Below, in pieces: positions 63,587 to 64,000 of a DNA stretch of 64,000 bases. Position 1 is the stretch's first letter; each line of letters opens with the position of its first letter. This stretch comes from Candidatus Sericytochromatia bacterium (GTDB lineage: Bacteria; Cyanobacteriota; Sericytochromatia; S15B-MN24; JAQBPE01): assembly GCA_035285125.1 (NCBI GenBank), contig JAYKHR010000045.1, positions 160,001 through 224,000 of the forward strand, written 5' to 3'. The notes beneath the pieces were generated by a model. That model did not search any database. It was given only the letters and a program-made list of their open reading frames with translations, and was not told the origin of the DNA. The position numbers and the translations under genes were made by a program.

Positions 63587-64000
63587 TCACTGTTGCGCCA
63601 GAGGCCGGCGCCGGCCCGCCACCCCCTCGTAGAGGCGCTGTAGGCGCTGCATGTTCTCCTGGTGGGCGTAGTGGGTTTCCACCCGGGCCCGGCTCAGGCG
63701 GCGCAGCCGGGCCAGCTCGTTCGGCTGCGCGAGCAGCCCGCCGAGCGCGGGCGCCAGGGCCTGGTCCAGCCTGCGGGGGTCGAGGGTCCGCCCGACGCCC
63801 GCGATCACCTCCCCGTCGGCGCCCACGTCCGTCGCAACGGGGGCCGCGCCGCAGGCCATCGCCTCCAGCAGCGCCAGCGACAGCCCCTCGACGCTGGAGG
63901 GCAGCACGAACACCTCCGCCCCCCGCAGGATGTCGATGCGACGGGCCTCGTCAGCCACGAAGCCCAGCCAGTGGACGCGCGCCAGGCCCCGGTGGCGGGC
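63587..64000 (-). CDS. GT4 family glycosyltransferase, C-terminal part (5' end lies outside the window)
   Basis: VFVLPSSVEGLSLALLEAMACG..VATDVG. The frame is open to the window edge. Confidence 0.92.
   Translation of the reverse strand, partial: ARHRGLARVHWLGFVADEARRIDILRGAEVFVLPSSVEGLSLALLEAMACGAAPVATDVGADGEVIAGVGRTLDPRRLDQALAPALGGLLAQPNELARLRRLSRARVETHYAHQENMQRLQRLYEGVAGRRRPLAQQ

Overview
This is a very GC-rich (by eye above 70%) bacterial chromosomal window with about 60 protein-coding genes, one tRNA-Leu(CAA) and one candidate structured ncRNA. I see no CRISPR array, rRNA, integrase or transposase. Housekeeping genes include recJ-apt-rel-rdgB, add, icd, dacB, a PBP1A, lepB, hutI, puuD, a cyclophilin and an RND pump. 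Accessory modules are an arsC/arsR/acr3 arsenic cluster, two ArsR-linked carbonic anhydrase loci, a renalase plus short-photolyase operon, two S8 protease lipoproteins, a secreted DA1-like peptidase and many Pro/Tyr/Gly-rich orphan proteins. Gene style suggests a non-photosynthetic relative of Cyanobacteria such as Sericytochromatia, which is a weak inference. The best leads are: (1) a recurring YTTAAYYW-like direct-repeat box with 10-11 bp period upstream of seven orphan or secreted genes, suggesting an unannotated regulon; (2) Cys-free ArsR paralogues at both inorganic-carbon loci, one with a RAPP-ending signal-peptide ORF just upstream of carbonic anhydrase-SulP; (3) CarH-like 11-bp repeats over the photolyase operon promoter; (4) a 6S-like RNA candidate; (5) several apparent pseudo-enzymes. 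All calls come from visual motif recognition, with no database searches. Start codons were adjusted by hand where the ORF track over-extends.
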